From Actinomycetales bacterium (GTDB taxonomy: Bacteria; Actinomycetota; Actinomycetes; Actinomycetales; JBBRBF01), in the NCBI GenBank assembly GCA_038206105.1, contig JBBRBF010000001.1:268-64267 (forward strand): 64,000 nucleotides of DNA, read 5' to 3'. Positions 25,290 through 35,211 of this stretch are shown here, piece by piece. The notes under the pieces are model-generated. The model was given only the letters and a program-made list of their open reading frames with translations. It was not told the DNA's origin and did no database searches. The position numbers and the translations under genes are program-made. Each line of letters starts with the position of its first letter. Positions within the stretch are counted from its first letter, which is position 1.

Positions 25290-27302
25290 GTGGACACCGC
25301 TGTGACCGATCCTCTCGTCGGCCGCCTGGTCGACGGGCGGTACGCCGTGGAGTCCCGCATCGCCCGTGGCGGCATGGCCACCGTCTACCTCGCCACCGAC
25401 ACCCGCCTCGACCGCGAGGTGGCTCTGAAGGTGATGCACCCCCACCTCGCGGACGACGCCGAGTTCGTCGCGCGCTTCCACCGCGAGGCGAAGTCGGCGG
25501 CCCGGCTGTCCAACCCGCACGTCGTCGCCGTGTACGACCAGGGGGCGGACCGCTCCACCGGTGTCGAGACGGTGTACCTGGCGATGGAGCACGTGCAGGG
25601 ACGCACCCTGCGCGACCTGCTCGACGAGCGGGGTCCCCTGACGCCGCGCGAGGCCCTGGACGTGCTCGACCCGGTGCTCGACGCCCTCGCCGCCGCGCAC
25701 CGTGCCGGACTCGTCCACCGCGACGTCAAGCCCGAGAACGTGCTCATCGCCGAGGACGGGCGCGTCACCGTCGCCGACTTCGGCCTCGCGCGCGCGGCCA
25801 GCTCGTCGTCGTCCGGGACGACGACCGGCATGCTCATCGGCACCGTGGCCTACCTGTCGCCCGAGCTCGTCTCACGGGGGGTCGCGGACGCCCGCAGCGA
25901 CGTCTACGCCGCGGGCATCCTGCTCTTCGAGCTGCTCACCGGCACCCAGCCCTTCTCGGGCGAGGTGCCGATCCAGGTGGCCTTCCAGCACGTCAACGAC
26001 GACGTCCCGCTGCCCTCCGAGCGGCTCGCCGGGCTGAGCGACGTCCTGGACGACCTCGTGGCGTGGGCGACGGCACGCGACCCCGACGACCGTCCGGCCG
26101 ACGCCCGCGACCTGCTCGCCGAGCTGCGCGCCGTCCGTGCCGGCCTCCCGGCGTCGGATCTGGACGCCGAGCCCCCCCACGCCCAGGCCGGCGGGGGTAC
26201 GGCCTCGCCGGCGCGCGGGCGCACCCTCGCCCTGCGCCGCCGGGGCGCCCTGGCGCTGCCGCCCGACACGGACGAGACGAGCGAGGACGGCGGCGACGTC
26301 GCGGCGCAGCGGCCCGTGGCGCGGGGCCGCTCCGGACGTGGCCGCTCCGGGCGGGGCCGCACCTGGCGGGGCCGCACCGGGTCCACGGTGCCCACCGGGT
26401 GGGACCAGCGCCGGCGCAGCCGCCGCGGGCTCGTGGCGCTGCTGCTCGTGCTGACGCTGGCGCTGGCCGGCGGGGTCGCCGGGTGGTGGCTGACGGCCGG
26501 GCCCGGCGCGTACACCGCCACCCCGGACCTGGCGGGCCGCACCGCCGACGACGCCGAGCAGGTGCTCGCGACCCGCGGCCTGGCGATGCGCGCCGACGAG
26601 CGGTTCGACGACTCGGTCGCCGAGGGGCGCGTGATCTCCAGCGACCCCGGCGCCGGGCAGGACGTGCGCGATGGCGGCACCGTGCAGGTGGCCGTCAGCC
26701 GGGGCCCGGAGATGCGCGCCGTGCCCGACGTGGCGGGCTCGTCCCGCGAGGACGCCGTCGCCACGCTGGAGGACGTCGGCCTGGTCGCGGGCGACGTCTC
26801 GGAGGTGTTCTCCCAGGACGTCGCCGACGGCAGCGTCGTCGAGCAGGCCACCGCCCCGGGGCAGGAGCTGCGCGCCGGCGAGCCGGTCGACCTCGTGGTG
26901 TCCAAGGGCCGCGAGCCGGTCGACGCACCGGACCTCGTCGGCCTCGCCCGCGGCGAGGCCGAGACCGCCGCCCAGGACGCCGGGCTGCGCCTGGAGGCCA
27001 GCGAGGAGTTCAGCGACGACGTCCCCGAGGGCGACGTGGTCTCCCAGCAGCCCGACGGCGGGCAGAGCCTGTTCCGCGGGGACACCGTGACCGTCACCGT
27101 GTCGCTGGGGCCACCGCTGGTGGAGGTCCCGACGCTGCGCGGCCAGCAGGTCGGGCCGGCCCGTGACGCCCTGGAGCAGGCGGGGTTCGCCGTGGAGGTG
27201 GAGCGGGTGCTCGGCGGCATCTTCGGCACCGTGCGCGACCAGTCGCCGGCCGGCGGCTCGCAGCAGCCGCGCGGCAGCACCGTGACGCTCACCGTCGTCT
27301 GA
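25290..27302 (+). CDS. Ser/Thr protein kinase with transmembrane segment and extracellular PASTA repeats (PknL-like)
   Basis: Kinase motifs GGMATVYLA, VALKV, HRDVKPENVL, DFGLA and YLSPE. These are followed by a TM helix (LVALLLVLTLALAGGVAGWWL) and 3-4 PASTA-like repeats. Start is GTG 25290 or 25302. Confidence 0.85.
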   Translation: MDTAVTDPLVGRLVDGRYAVESRIARGGMATVYLATDTRLDREVALKVMHPHLADDAEFVARFHREAKSAARLSNPHVVAVYDQGADRSTGVETVYLAMEHVQGRTLRDLLDERGPLTPREALDVLDPVLDALAAAHRAGLVHRDVKPENVLIAEDGRVTVADFGLARAASSSSSGTTTGMLIGTVAYLSPELVSRGVADARSDVYAAGILLFELLTGTQPFSGEVPIQVAFQHVNDDVPLPSERLAGLSDVLDDLVAWATARDPDDRPADARDLLAELRAVRAGLPASDLDAEPPHAQAGGGTASPARGRTLALRRRGALALPPDTDETSEDGGDVAAQRPVARGRSGRGRSGRGRTWRGRTGSTVPTGWDQRRRSRRGLVALLLVLTLALAGGVAGWWLTAGPGAYTATPDLAGRTADDAEQVLATRGLAMRADERFDDSVAEGRVISSDPGAGQDVRDGGTVQVAVSRGPEMRAVPDVAGSSREDAVATLEDVGLVAGDVSEVFSQDVADGSVVEQATAPGQELRAGEPVDLVVSKGREPVDAPDLVGLARGEAETAAQDAGLRLEASEEFSDDVPEGDVVSQQPDGGQSLFRGDTVTVTVSLGPPLVEVPTLRGQQVGPARDALEQAGFAVEVERVLGGIFGTVRDQSPAGGSQQPRGSTVTLTVV

Positions 27303-27331
27303 CGCGCCTTCCCGACCGCCTCGGACCCTGG

Positions 27332-28261
27332 GTGACCACGACCACCGGGCCGCGCCACGAGCTCGCGGCCACGCTCGCCCTGACCGTCGTCACGATGGCG
27401 TGGGGCTCGACGTTCTTCCTGATCCGGGACGTCGTCACGGTGCTGCCCGTGACCGACTTCCTCGCGGTGCGATTCACGGTCGCGGCGGTCGTGATGGTCC
27501 CCCTGTTCTGGCGCCACCTGCTCCGTCTCGACGCGGCCGCCTGGCGGCGGGGTGCCGTGCTCGGCGCGGTCTACGGCGTCGCCCAGATCCTGCAGACGAT
27601 CGGGCTGGAGACCACCGCCGCCAGCGTGTCCGGCTTCATCACCGGCATGTACGTGGTGCTCACGCCGCTGCTGGCCGCGGTGCTGCTGGCGGTGCGCACG
27701 CCGCCGTCCACGTGGGTCGCCGTGGCACTGGCGACCGCGGGGCTGGCGGTGCTGTCGTTGCAGGGCCTCGCGGTGGGGGCCGGCGAGGCCGTCACCCTCG
27801 CCTCCGCGGTCGTCTACGCGCTGCACATCGTCGGGCTCGGCCGGTGGTCGCGCCAGGAGGACGCCCTGGGCCTGTCCGCGGTGCAGATGATCGTGATCGC
27901 CGCGGTCTGCCTGACGGGGGCGCTGCCCGGCGGTGTCGCCCTGCCCCCGGACCGCGGCACGTGGGCCTCGGTGCTCTACATGGCGCTCGTCGCGGGCGCG
28001 CTCGCGCTGGTGGCCCAGACCTGGGCGCAGGCGCACCTGCCGGCCGCGCGGGCGGCGATCGTGATGACCACCGAGCCGGTGTTCGCCGCGCTGTTCGCGG
28101 TGGCTTTCGGCGGCGAGCGGCTCGGCCCGCGGGTGCTGCTCGGCGGCGCGCTGGTGCTCGCGGCGATGTACCTCGTGGAGGTCGGGCCGCGGCGCCGACG
28201 GCGTCGGGACGTGCTCGCGAGCGCCGACCCCCCGGCCGAGGCGCTGCATCACGAGCCGTGA
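27332..28261 (+). CDS. EamA/DMT family transporter
   Basis: 309 aa with 10 predicted TM segments and a duplicated EamA-like organisation. Confidence 0.7.
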   Translation: MTTTTGPRHELAATLALTVVTMAWGSTFFLIRDVVTVLPVTDFLAVRFTVAAVVMVPLFWRHLLRLDAAAWRRGAVLGAVYGVAQILQTIGLETTAASVSGFITGMYVVLTPLLAAVLLAVRTPPSTWVAVALATAGLAVLSLQGLAVGAGEAVTLASAVVYALHIVGLGRWSRQEDALGLSAVQMIVIAAVCLTGALPGGVALPPDRGTWASVLYMALVAGALALVAQTWAQAHLPAARAAIVMTTEPVFAALFAVAFGGERLGPRVLLGGALVLAAMYLVEVGPRRRRRRDVLASADPPAEALHHEP

Positions 28262-28274
28262 GGCGGGTCTGCCG

Positions 28275-30608
28275 TCAGGTGCCGGTGAGGTGCTCCGGGC
28301 GCACCGGGACGCGGCGCAGCGCGAGCCCGCTCGCCTGCCGCACCGCCGCCAGCACCGCCGGCCCGGACGAGATCGTCGGCGGCTCCCCCACCCCCCGCAG
28401 CCCGTACGGCGCGTGCGGGTCGGGGTACTCCAGCAGCTCCACCCGCATCGGGGGAACGTCGAGCACCGTCGGGATCAGGTAGTCGGTGAACGACGGGTTG
28501 CGGATCAGGCCGTCGGTGACGACGACCTCCTCCATCAGCGCCAGTCCCATCCCCTGCGCGCTGCCGCCGTGGACCTGCCCGAGCACCTGCTGCGGGTGCA
28601 GCGCCCGGCCGACGTCCTGCGCGGTGTCGAGCGCGACGACCTTGACCAGGCCGAGCTCGACGTCCACGTCGACGACGGCCCGGTGGGCGGAGAACGCGAA
28701 CTGCACGTGCGCGTCTCCCTGCCCGGTGTCGGGGTCGACGGGGTGGGTCGGCCGGTGCCGCCACTGGAGCGTCTCGTCGACCTCGTCGTCGCCGAGGACG
28801 TCGACGACGGACGCGACCTCGTGCCCGCCTGCGTCGACGACGGCGCCACCCGCCAGGTGCCACGGCCCGCCCGGGCCGACGCGAGTCTCGAGCCGCTGCA
28901 GCAGCCGTGACCGCACGGCCGCGCACGCCGCCTGCACCGCCCCGCCGGTGACGTAGGTCTGGCGTGAGGCCGACGTGGAACCCGCGGACCCGACAGACGT
29001 GTCGGCCGGCTCCACGACCACCGCTGCCACGCCCAGCTCCTCCCGCGCGATCTGCTGCAGCACGGTGACGAGTCCCTGCCCGACCTCCGCGGCAGCGGTC
29101 CGCACGCTCGCGACGGGCTCCCCGGCGACGACCCGGAGCCGCACGCGCGCGGTGGAGTAGTCGTCGAACCCCTCGGAGAAGCCGACGTTCTTGTACGTGA
29201 CGGCGTAGCCGACACCACGCACGACGCCCTCGCCGTGCGTGGTGTTCGAGACGCCGCCGGGCAGGGAGCGGACGTCGCGCGCCGGGCTCTGGTCGAAGGA
29301 GTGCGACGAGGGCACGGGCGGCAGCGGCATGTCCCGTACCCGCTCGACGAGCTCGGCGACCGGCGCGGCGGAGTCGACGACCTGCCCGGTGATGGTGCGG
29401 TCGCCCTCGCGCATCCCGTTGCGCCGTCGCACCTCCACCGGGTCGAGCCCGACGCGCTCCGCGAGCGCGTCCATCGCCGCCTCGTGCGCGTACGCGGTCT
29501 GCACGCAGCCGAAGCCCCGCATCGCACCGCACGGAGGGTTGTTCGTGTAGACGCCGTAGCAGTCGACCGCCACGGACGGCACGCGGTACGGGCCGAGGCC
29601 CATCAGCCCGCCGTTGCCCACCACGGCCGACGTGGACGAGGCGTACGCGCCGCCGTCGAAGACGGTCTCCGCGCGGCCGTAGACGATCGTGCCGTCCTCC
29701 TGCGCGCCGAGCTCGTAGCGCATCGAGGCGGGGTGGCGGTGCACGTGTCCGTAGAACGACTCCTCACGGCCGTAGACCATCTTCACGGGCCGGCCGGTCC
29801 GCAGCGCGAGCAGGCAGGCGTGCACGTGCATCGACAGGTCCTCGCGGCCGCCGAACGCGCCGCCGACACCCGCGAGCCGCAGCCGCACCTGCTCGGGCGG
29901 CAGCCCGAGCGCGCGGCACACCTGCGCCTGGTCGACGTGGAGCCACTGGGTCGCGACGTACAGGTCGACGCCGCCCTCGCCGTCGGGCACGGCCAGCCCG
30001 GACTCCGGGCCGAGGAAGGCCTGGTCCTGCATCCCGACCTCGATGTCGACGCGGACGACGACCGGTGCGTGCGGATCGGGGTCGCCGCGGCGGACCTTCA
30101 GGTGCCGCAGCACGTTGCCGCCCTCGTGGACCGCCGGGGCGTCGTCCGCCATCGCCGCGCGAGCGTCGGTGACCGCCGGCAGCACCTCGTAGTCCACCAC
30201 CACGAGAGCCGCTGCGCGCCGGGCGGTCTCGGGGTGGGTGGCCGCGACGACAGCGACGGGCTCGCCGGCGTAGCGGACCCGGCCGGCGGCCAGCACCGGC
30301 TGATCGACGTGCTCCAGGCCGGCGGCGTTGCGGCCGGGCACGTCGGCCGCGGTCAGCACCGCGGCCACGCCGGGCACGGCGAGCGCGGCCGCGGTCTCGA
30401 CGCCGCGGACCCGCGCGTGCGGGTGGGGACTGCGCAGGGTCGTGCCCCAAAGCATGTCCGCGGCCCACAGGTCGCTGGAGAACGCGAAGTCGCCAGTGAC
30501 CTTCAGGGTGCCGTCGGGGCGCTGGGGGCTCGTCCCGAGGCCGGCGGCGGTCTGCTGGTCGGCGCGGGTCGGCGTCGACGTCGCGCCGGCGGCACCGGTG
30601 GGGGTCAC
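28275..30608 (-). CDS. Xanthine dehydrogenase family, molybdopterin-binding subunit
   Basis: Starting from GTG 30608: ...KVTGDFAFSSDLWAADMLWGTTLRSPHPHARV... and aldehyde oxidase/XDH sequence to the end. The first 239 codons of track ORF 28275..31325 are an out-of-frame overlap with the next gene. Confidence 0.85.
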   Translation of the reverse strand: MTPTGAAGATSTPTRADQQTAAGLGTSPQRPDGTLKVTGDFAFSSDLWAADMLWGTTLRSPHPHARVRGVETAAALAVPGVAAVLTAADVPGRNAAGLEHVDQPVLAAGRVRYAGEPVAVVAATHPETARRAAALVVVDYEVLPAVTDARAAMADDAPAVHEGGNVLRHLKVRRGDPDPHAPVVVRVDIEVGMQDQAFLGPESGLAVPDGEGGVDLYVATQWLHVDQAQVCRALGLPPEQVRLRLAGVGGAFGGREDLSMHVHACLLALRTGRPVKMVYGREESFYGHVHRHPASMRYELGAQEDGTIVYGRAETVFDGGAYASSTSAVVGNGGLMGLGPYRVPSVAVDCYGVYTNNPPCGAMRGFGCVQTAYAHEAAMDALAERVGLDPVEVRRRNGMREGDRTITGQVVDSAAPVAELVERVRDMPLPPVPSSHSFDQSPARDVRSLPGGVSNTTHGEGVVRGVGYAVTYKNVGFSEGFDDYSTARVRLRVVAGEPVASVRTAAAEVGQGLVTVLQQIAREELGVAAVVVEPADTSVGSAGSTSASRQTYVTGGAVQAACAAVRSRLLQRLETRVGPGGPWHLAGGAVVDAGGHEVASVVDVLGDDEVDETLQWRHRPTHPVDPDTGQGDAHVQFAFSAHRAVVDVDVELGLVKVVALDTAQDVGRALHPQQVLGQVHGGSAQGMGLALMEEVVVTDGLIRNPSFTDYLIPTVLDVPPMRVELLEYPDPHAPYGLRGVGEPPTISSGPAVLAAVRQASGLALRRVPVRPEHLTGT

Positions 30609-30615
30609 GGCCGCC

Positions 30616-31980
30616 TCACCCGGCCCGCTCGAGCAGCGTGCGCTGCGCGGCGGCGGCCCGGCGCGCCACCGTCGCCTCGTCGAGCGTGACGAGGGTGTCG
30701 TCGCGCACCACGGTGCGGCCGCCGACGAGCAGCCGTGCCAGTGGCGGCGCCGACCCGAGCACGAGCGCCGCGACCGGGTCCTCGATCCCTGCGTGCGCCA
30801 GGCTGTCGACACGCCACAGGGCCAGGTCCGCGAGCATGCCGGGCGCGATCGCGCCGAGCTCGTCGCCGCGGCCGAGGACGGCAGCCCCGCCGCGGGTGGC
30901 CAGCGCGACCGCCTCGCGCACCGACATCGCCTGCGGGCCACCGGCGGCGCGCGCGACGAGCAACGCACCGCGCAGCTCGGCGACCAGGCTCGCCGACTCG
31001 TTGCTGGCGGCGCCGTCGACGCCGAGGCCGACCGGGACTCCGGCGTCGAGCAGCGCCCGCGTCCGCGCGGTGCCCGCGCCGAGCCGGGCGTTGGACGAGG
31101 GGCAGTGGGCCACCCCGGATCCGGCGGCCGCCAGCACGGCCACCGCAGCGTCGTCCAGGTGGACGGCGTGCGCGAACCACACGTCGTCACCGAGCCAGCC
31201 GAGGTCGCCGACGTACTCCACCGGGGAGCGCCCGAAGCGCTCGCGGCAGAACTGCTCCTCCTCGACCGTCTCGGCGAGGTGGGTGTGCAGCCGGACGCCT
31301 GCGGCGCGGGCGACCTCCGCGGCACCGCGCATCAGGTCCGCGGTGACACTGAACGGGGAGCAGGGCGCGAGGGCGACCCGGAGCATCGACCCCGGTGCCG
31401 GGTCGTGCCAGCGCTCGACCGCGGCCGCGGACGCCTCCAGGGCGTCGCTCGTGGTCTCCACGACGCCGTCGGGCGGCAGACCGCCGTCAGCGGCTCCCAG
31501 GTCCATCGACCCGCGGCACGGGTGGAAGCGCAGCCCGACCTCGGCGGCGGAGCGCACGCCGGCGCCGAGCAGGTCACCGCGGCCGGAACCGAAGACGTAG
31601 TGGTGGTCGGTCGTCGTCGTGCAGCCGGTGCGGGCGAGCCAGGCGAGGGCGCCGGTCGCCGCGTCATGGACGACGTCCTCGTCGAGGTGCGCCCACACCG
31701 GGTACAGCGCCGTCAGCCAGTCGAACAGCGGGGCGTCGACCGCCAGGCCGCGGGTCGCCCACTGGTAGAGGTGGTGGTGGGTGTTGACGAGGCCCGGGGT
31801 CAGCAGGCACCCGGACCCGTCCACGACCTCGTCGGCGTCGCGGCGCACCGCCTCGGGTGCCGCCCCGGGGCCGACGGCGACGACCCGGTCGCCGGTGACG
31901 ACGACGTGCCCGCCGGGGTGCTCGGTCCCGGCGGTGTCGACGGTCAGCACGTGGGCCCCCTCGATCACCGTGGTGCTCAC
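30616..31980 (-). CDS. Amidohydrolase, 8-oxoguanine/guanine-deaminase-like
   Basis: Starting from GTG 31980, which overlaps the upstream stop: LTPGLVNTHHHLYQ metal-binding motif, then ...HLAET...AHAVH...GVDGAASN. Confidence 0.7.
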   Translation of the reverse strand: MSTTVIEGAHVLTVDTAGTEHPGGHVVVTGDRVVAVGPGAAPEAVRRDADEVVDGSGCLLTPGLVNTHHHLYQWATRGLAVDAPLFDWLTALYPVWAHLDEDVVHDAATGALAWLARTGCTTTTDHHYVFGSGRGDLLGAGVRSAAEVGLRFHPCRGSMDLGAADGGLPPDGVVETTSDALEASAAAVERWHDPAPGSMLRVALAPCSPFSVTADLMRGAAEVARAAGVRLHTHLAETVEEEQFCRERFGRSPVEYVGDLGWLGDDVWFAHAVHLDDAAVAVLAAAGSGVAHCPSSNARLGAGTARTRALLDAGVPVGLGVDGAASNESASLVAELRGALLVARAAGGPQAMSVREAVALATRGGAAVLGRGDELGAIAPGMLADLALWRVDSLAHAGIEDPVAALVLGSAPPLARLLVGGRTVVRDDTLVTLDEATVARRAAAAQRTLLERAG

Positions 31981-32507
31981 GGAGAACCGCCCGGGGCGTT
32001 CCTTGTGGCACCTGCGTCGGGTGCCCCTGCCGCGTCGGTGCCCAGGCGGCTCGCGGCGAGCCGGACCGCCTCCAGCACCGCCTCGTACCCGGTGCACCGG
32101 CACAGGTTGCCCGCCAACGCCTCTCGTACCTCCAGGTCGTCCGGTCGAGGGCACCGGCCGAGCAGGTCGTGCACGGCGACCACGAGGCCCGGGGTGCAGA
32201 ACCCGCACTGCACGGCGCCGGCGTCGAGGAACGCCTGCTGCACGGGGTGCAGGCTCTCGCCGTCAGTGAGCCCCTCGACGGTGACGACCTCGCGGTCCTG
32301 CACCTGCCCCGCGGCCACGAGGCAGGCGCACACCGGCAGCCCGTCGAGGTAGACGGTGCACGAGCCGCACTCGCCCTGCTCGCAGGCGTTCTTGGCGCCG
32401 GGCAGCCCCATCCGCTCGCGCAGCACGTAGAGCAGGCTCTCGCCCTCCCATACCTCGTCGACGTCGCGTCGCCGGCCGTTGACGACCGCGCTCACCCGGA
32501 TCGTCAC
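31977..32507 (-). CDS. (2Fe-2S)-binding subunit of the xanthine dehydrogenase family enzyme
   Basis: CEQGECGSCTV and CGFCTPG...CRCTGY cysteine clusters. The GTG at 32507 follows GGAGGC and overlaps the upstream stop. Confidence 0.85.
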   Translation of the reverse strand: MTIRVSAVVNGRRRDVDEVWEGESLLYVLRERMGLPGAKNACEQGECGSCTVYLDGLPVCACLVAAGQVQDREVVTVEGLTDGESLHPVQQAFLDAGAVQCGFCTPGLVVAVHDLLGRCPRPDDLEVREALAGNLCRCTGYEAVLEAVRLAASRLGTDAAGAPDAGATRNAPGGSP

Positions 32508-33379
32508 GCCGCCTCCCGGTAGGCGTCCCACGCCCAGGTCGCGGTCCGGCGGGCGAGCACGGACAGGGCGTGCCGGCGGTAGGCGGCGCTGCCCCGCACG
32601 TCGTCCAGGGGGTCCGCTGCGGCAGCGACGGCGTCCCCGAACTCGGTGAGAAGCCCCGGTGGCAGCGCGTCCCGGGACTCCCAGAGCCCGCCAGCGGTGA
32701 TCCCTGCGGCGAACCGGTCCTCGGCGGTACGCGCCCGCCGGGGAGTCGGCGCGGCCGACCCGATCCCGGTGCCGATCCGCCTCTGCTGCGGATGCAGCGC
32801 CACGGCGAACGACGTCACGGCGATCACCATGGCGTTGCGGGTCCCGACCTTCGAGAACTGCTGCGGCCCGGTGGCACGCCGCACGAGGACGGCGGCGATG
32901 AGCTCGTCGGCCGCCAGCACGGAGCGCTTCGGACCGGTGAAGAACTCCTCCACGGGTACGAGCCGGGTACCGCGCACGGAGGCGAGCTCGACGTCCGCGC
33001 CGCCGGCGAGCAGGGCCGGGTGGGCGTCCCCGGCCGGCGAGGCGGACCCGAGGTTGCCCGCGACGGTGCCGCGGTTGCGGATCTGCGGGGAGCCGACGGT
33101 GCGCGAGGCCGTCGCCAGAGCCGGGAGCATGTCGGAGAGCTCGTCGACGACCCTGGCGTATGTGACCCCGGCACCCAGGCGGACGACGTCCCCGGCCGGT
33201 TCGACGCTCCAGCCGTCGAGCCCTGGGACGGCGGTCAGGTCGAGCAGGCCCGCCGGGCGGACGCGGTCGAAGGTGATGTCGACCATCACGTCGGTGCCGC
33301 CGGCCACAGGCAGGGCGCCCGGGTGCCCGGCGCGCAGGGTCAGCGCCTCGTCCCACGTCCTGGGGCGGAGGAAGTCCAT
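32504..33379 (-). CDS. FAD-binding subunit (CoxM/XdhB-like) of the xanthine dehydrogenase family enzyme
   Basis: Starting from ATG 33379: PVAGGTDVMV, SPQIRNRGTVAGNLG and DVRGSAAYRRH motifs. Confidence 0.8.
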   Translation of the reverse strand: MDFLRPRTWDEALTLRAGHPGALPVAGGTDVMVDITFDRVRPAGLLDLTAVPGLDGWSVEPAGDVVRLGAGVTYARVVDELSDMLPALATASRTVGSPQIRNRGTVAGNLGSASPAGDAHPALLAGGADVELASVRGTRLVPVEEFFTGPKRSVLAADELIAAVLVRRATGPQQFSKVGTRNAMVIAVTSFAVALHPQQRRIGTGIGSAAPTPRRARTAEDRFAAGITAGGLWESRDALPPGLLTEFGDAVAAAADPLDDVRGSAAYRRHALSVLARRTATWAWDAYREAA

Positions 33380-33513
33380 CGACACGCCCCTTCCCGCCGT
33401 CGCGCGCCGTGCGGACAGCAGGCGGGCCGGCGCCGCGCAGTCTAGGTCGCCCAGGACCGCTGCGGGAGGGGCGGGAGAGCGCCGGTGTGGCGACGCTCCC
33501 TCCCGCCGACGCC

Positions 33514-34122
33514 TCACTCCTGGTACGAGTACCGTTCCTCGCGCCACGGGTCGCCGTGGGCGTGGTAGCCGCGCTCCTCCCAGAAGCCGCGGACAGGTGC
33601 GGTGAGGTACTCCAGGCCGCGCAGCCACTTCGGGCCCTTCCACGCGTACAGGTGCGGGACCACAAGGCGCACCGGTCGACCGTGCTCGGGTGAGAGCTCC
33701 TCACCCTCGCTGTGCGTGGCCAGGATCGACCGGGGGCTGGCGAGGTCCTCCAGCCGCAGCGTCGCCGAGTAGCCGTACTCCGCCCATGCGAGCACGTGCG
33801 TGACGTCGTCCGCGGGCGGGAACAGGTCGAGCACCATGCGGGCCGCCACACCGCCCCAGACCTGGTCGCAGACGCTCCAGCGGGTGACGCAGTGAAGGTC
33901 ACCCCGCACCGTCGTGCGCGGCAGCGCCAGGAACTGCTCCAGGTCGAGCGCGCGCTCGACGCCGTCCGCGGTCAGGCCGCCGACGGTGAAGGACCACGTC
34001 TCGGGTCGGAACCGTGGCACCGGGCCGTAGTGCAGCACCTTCAGCTGCGGCACGCGCTTCTGCCCCGGCGGCACGACGCGGTCGTCCTGCGGTGCCGCCG
34101 CCCCGGCGGCCGACGACGTCAC
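33514..34122 (-). CDS. Sulfite-oxidase-like molybdopterin oxidoreductase (small, soluble type)
   Basis: The GTG at 34122 overlaps the ltaE stop. Contains ...DLHCVTRWS... (Mo-ligand Cys context) and ...VVPHLYAWKGPKWLRGL.... Confidence 0.7.
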   Translation of the reverse strand: MTSSAAGAAAPQDDRVVPPGQKRVPQLKVLHYGPVPRFRPETWSFTVGGLTADGVERALDLEQFLALPRTTVRGDLHCVTRWSVCDQVWGGVAARMVLDLFPPADDVTHVLAWAEYGYSATLRLEDLASPRSILATHSEGEELSPEHGRPVRLVVPHLYAWKGPKWLRGLEYLTAPVRGFWEERGYHAHGDPWREERYSYQE

Positions 34123-35207
34123 GAGGCGCCGCGCGGACCGGGACGAGGCTCGTGGCGACCGTCGTGCTGCCCCTCGGACAGCACCTCCGACAGCGTGTCG
34201 GCCGCACGGTCCGCGGCACCGTCGTCGACGTCCAGGTGGGTGACGAGCCGCAGCGCGCGCGGGCCGAGTGCCAGCACGGCGACCCCGCGTGCAGCGAGCC
34301 GGGTGGCGAGGCCGGGTGCGTCGTCGACGTCCAGCACGACGATGTTCGTCTCCACGTCGCCGGCGTCGACGCAGCCCGGCCGGGCCTGCGCGCAGGCCCG
34401 GGCCAGCGCCGCGGCGCGCGCGTGGTCGTCGACGAGGCGCTCCACGTGGTGGTCCAGCGCGTACAGCCCGGCGGCCGCGAGCACGCCCACCTGGCGCATC
34501 CCGCCCCCGAGCCGCTTGCGCCACACCCTGGCCCGGGCGACGTGCTCCCGGGTACCGACGAGCAGGGACCCGACCGGCGCCCCGAGCCCCTTGGACAGGC
34601 ACACCGACACCGTGTCCGCGCACGCCCCGTACTCCGCCAGCGGGGTGCCGGTGGCCACGTGCGCGTTCCAGAGCCGGGCGCCGTCGAGGTGGACGGCGAC
34701 GCCGACCGCACGGGTGCCCTCGCGCAGGGCGCGCATCTCGGCCAGCGGCTGCACTGTGCCGCCGCCGAAGTTGTGCGTGTTCTCCACCGCGACGGCCGCG
34801 GTCGACACCCCGTAGGGACCACCGTCGGGAACCATCAGGGCGAGCGGCTGGGGGGCGTCGAGCCGTCCGCGCACCGCCTGCCACGTGCGCGTCGTCACCC
34901 CACCGACGGCGGCGTGGGCCCCGAGCTCGGCACGCACCACGTGCGCCATCGCGTCGCAGACGAGCTCGGCGCCGGGCTCGACGTGCAGCCGGACGCCCAG
35001 CACGTTCGCCATCGAGCCGGTCGGGGTGAACAGCGCCGCCTCGTGCCCGAGCAGCGCGGCGACGCGCTCCTCCAGCGCCGCCACTGTGGGGTCCTCACCG
35101 AAGACGTCGTCGCCGACGTCGGCGCCCACCATCGCCGCCCGCATCGCGGGCGTGGGACGCGAGACCGTGTCCGAGCGCAGGTCCACGACGCGGGTAGGGG
35201 CAGGCAT
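34119..35207 (-). CDS. ltaE: Low-specificity L-threonine aldolase
   Basis: DLRSDTVSRPTPAMRAAM...GDDVFGEDPTV...TPTGSMAN and a C-terminal beta-eliminating-lyase family sequence. Confidence 0.8.
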   Translation of the reverse strand: MPAPTRVVDLRSDTVSRPTPAMRAAMVGADVGDDVFGEDPTVAALEERVAALLGHEAALFTPTGSMANVLGVRLHVEPGAELVCDAMAHVVRAELGAHAAVGGVTTRTWQAVRGRLDAPQPLALMVPDGGPYGVSTAAVAVENTHNFGGGTVQPLAEMRALREGTRAVGVAVHLDGARLWNAHVATGTPLAEYGACADTVSVCLSKGLGAPVGSLLVGTREHVARARVWRKRLGGGMRQVGVLAAAGLYALDHHVERLVDDHARAAALARACAQARPGCVDAGDVETNIVVLDVDDAPGLATRLAARGVAVLALGPRALRLVTHLDVDDGAADRAADTLSEVLSEGQHDGRHEPRPGPRGAS

Positions 35208-35211
35208 CGCC

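Noticed and set aside
30609-31325. N-terminal 239-codon extension of the XDH molybdopterin subunit ORF (28275..31325)
   Set aside because: It overlaps the amidohydrolase gene out of frame. The recognisable XDH sequence begins only after GTG 30608, which sits 7 nt after the amidohydrolase stop.
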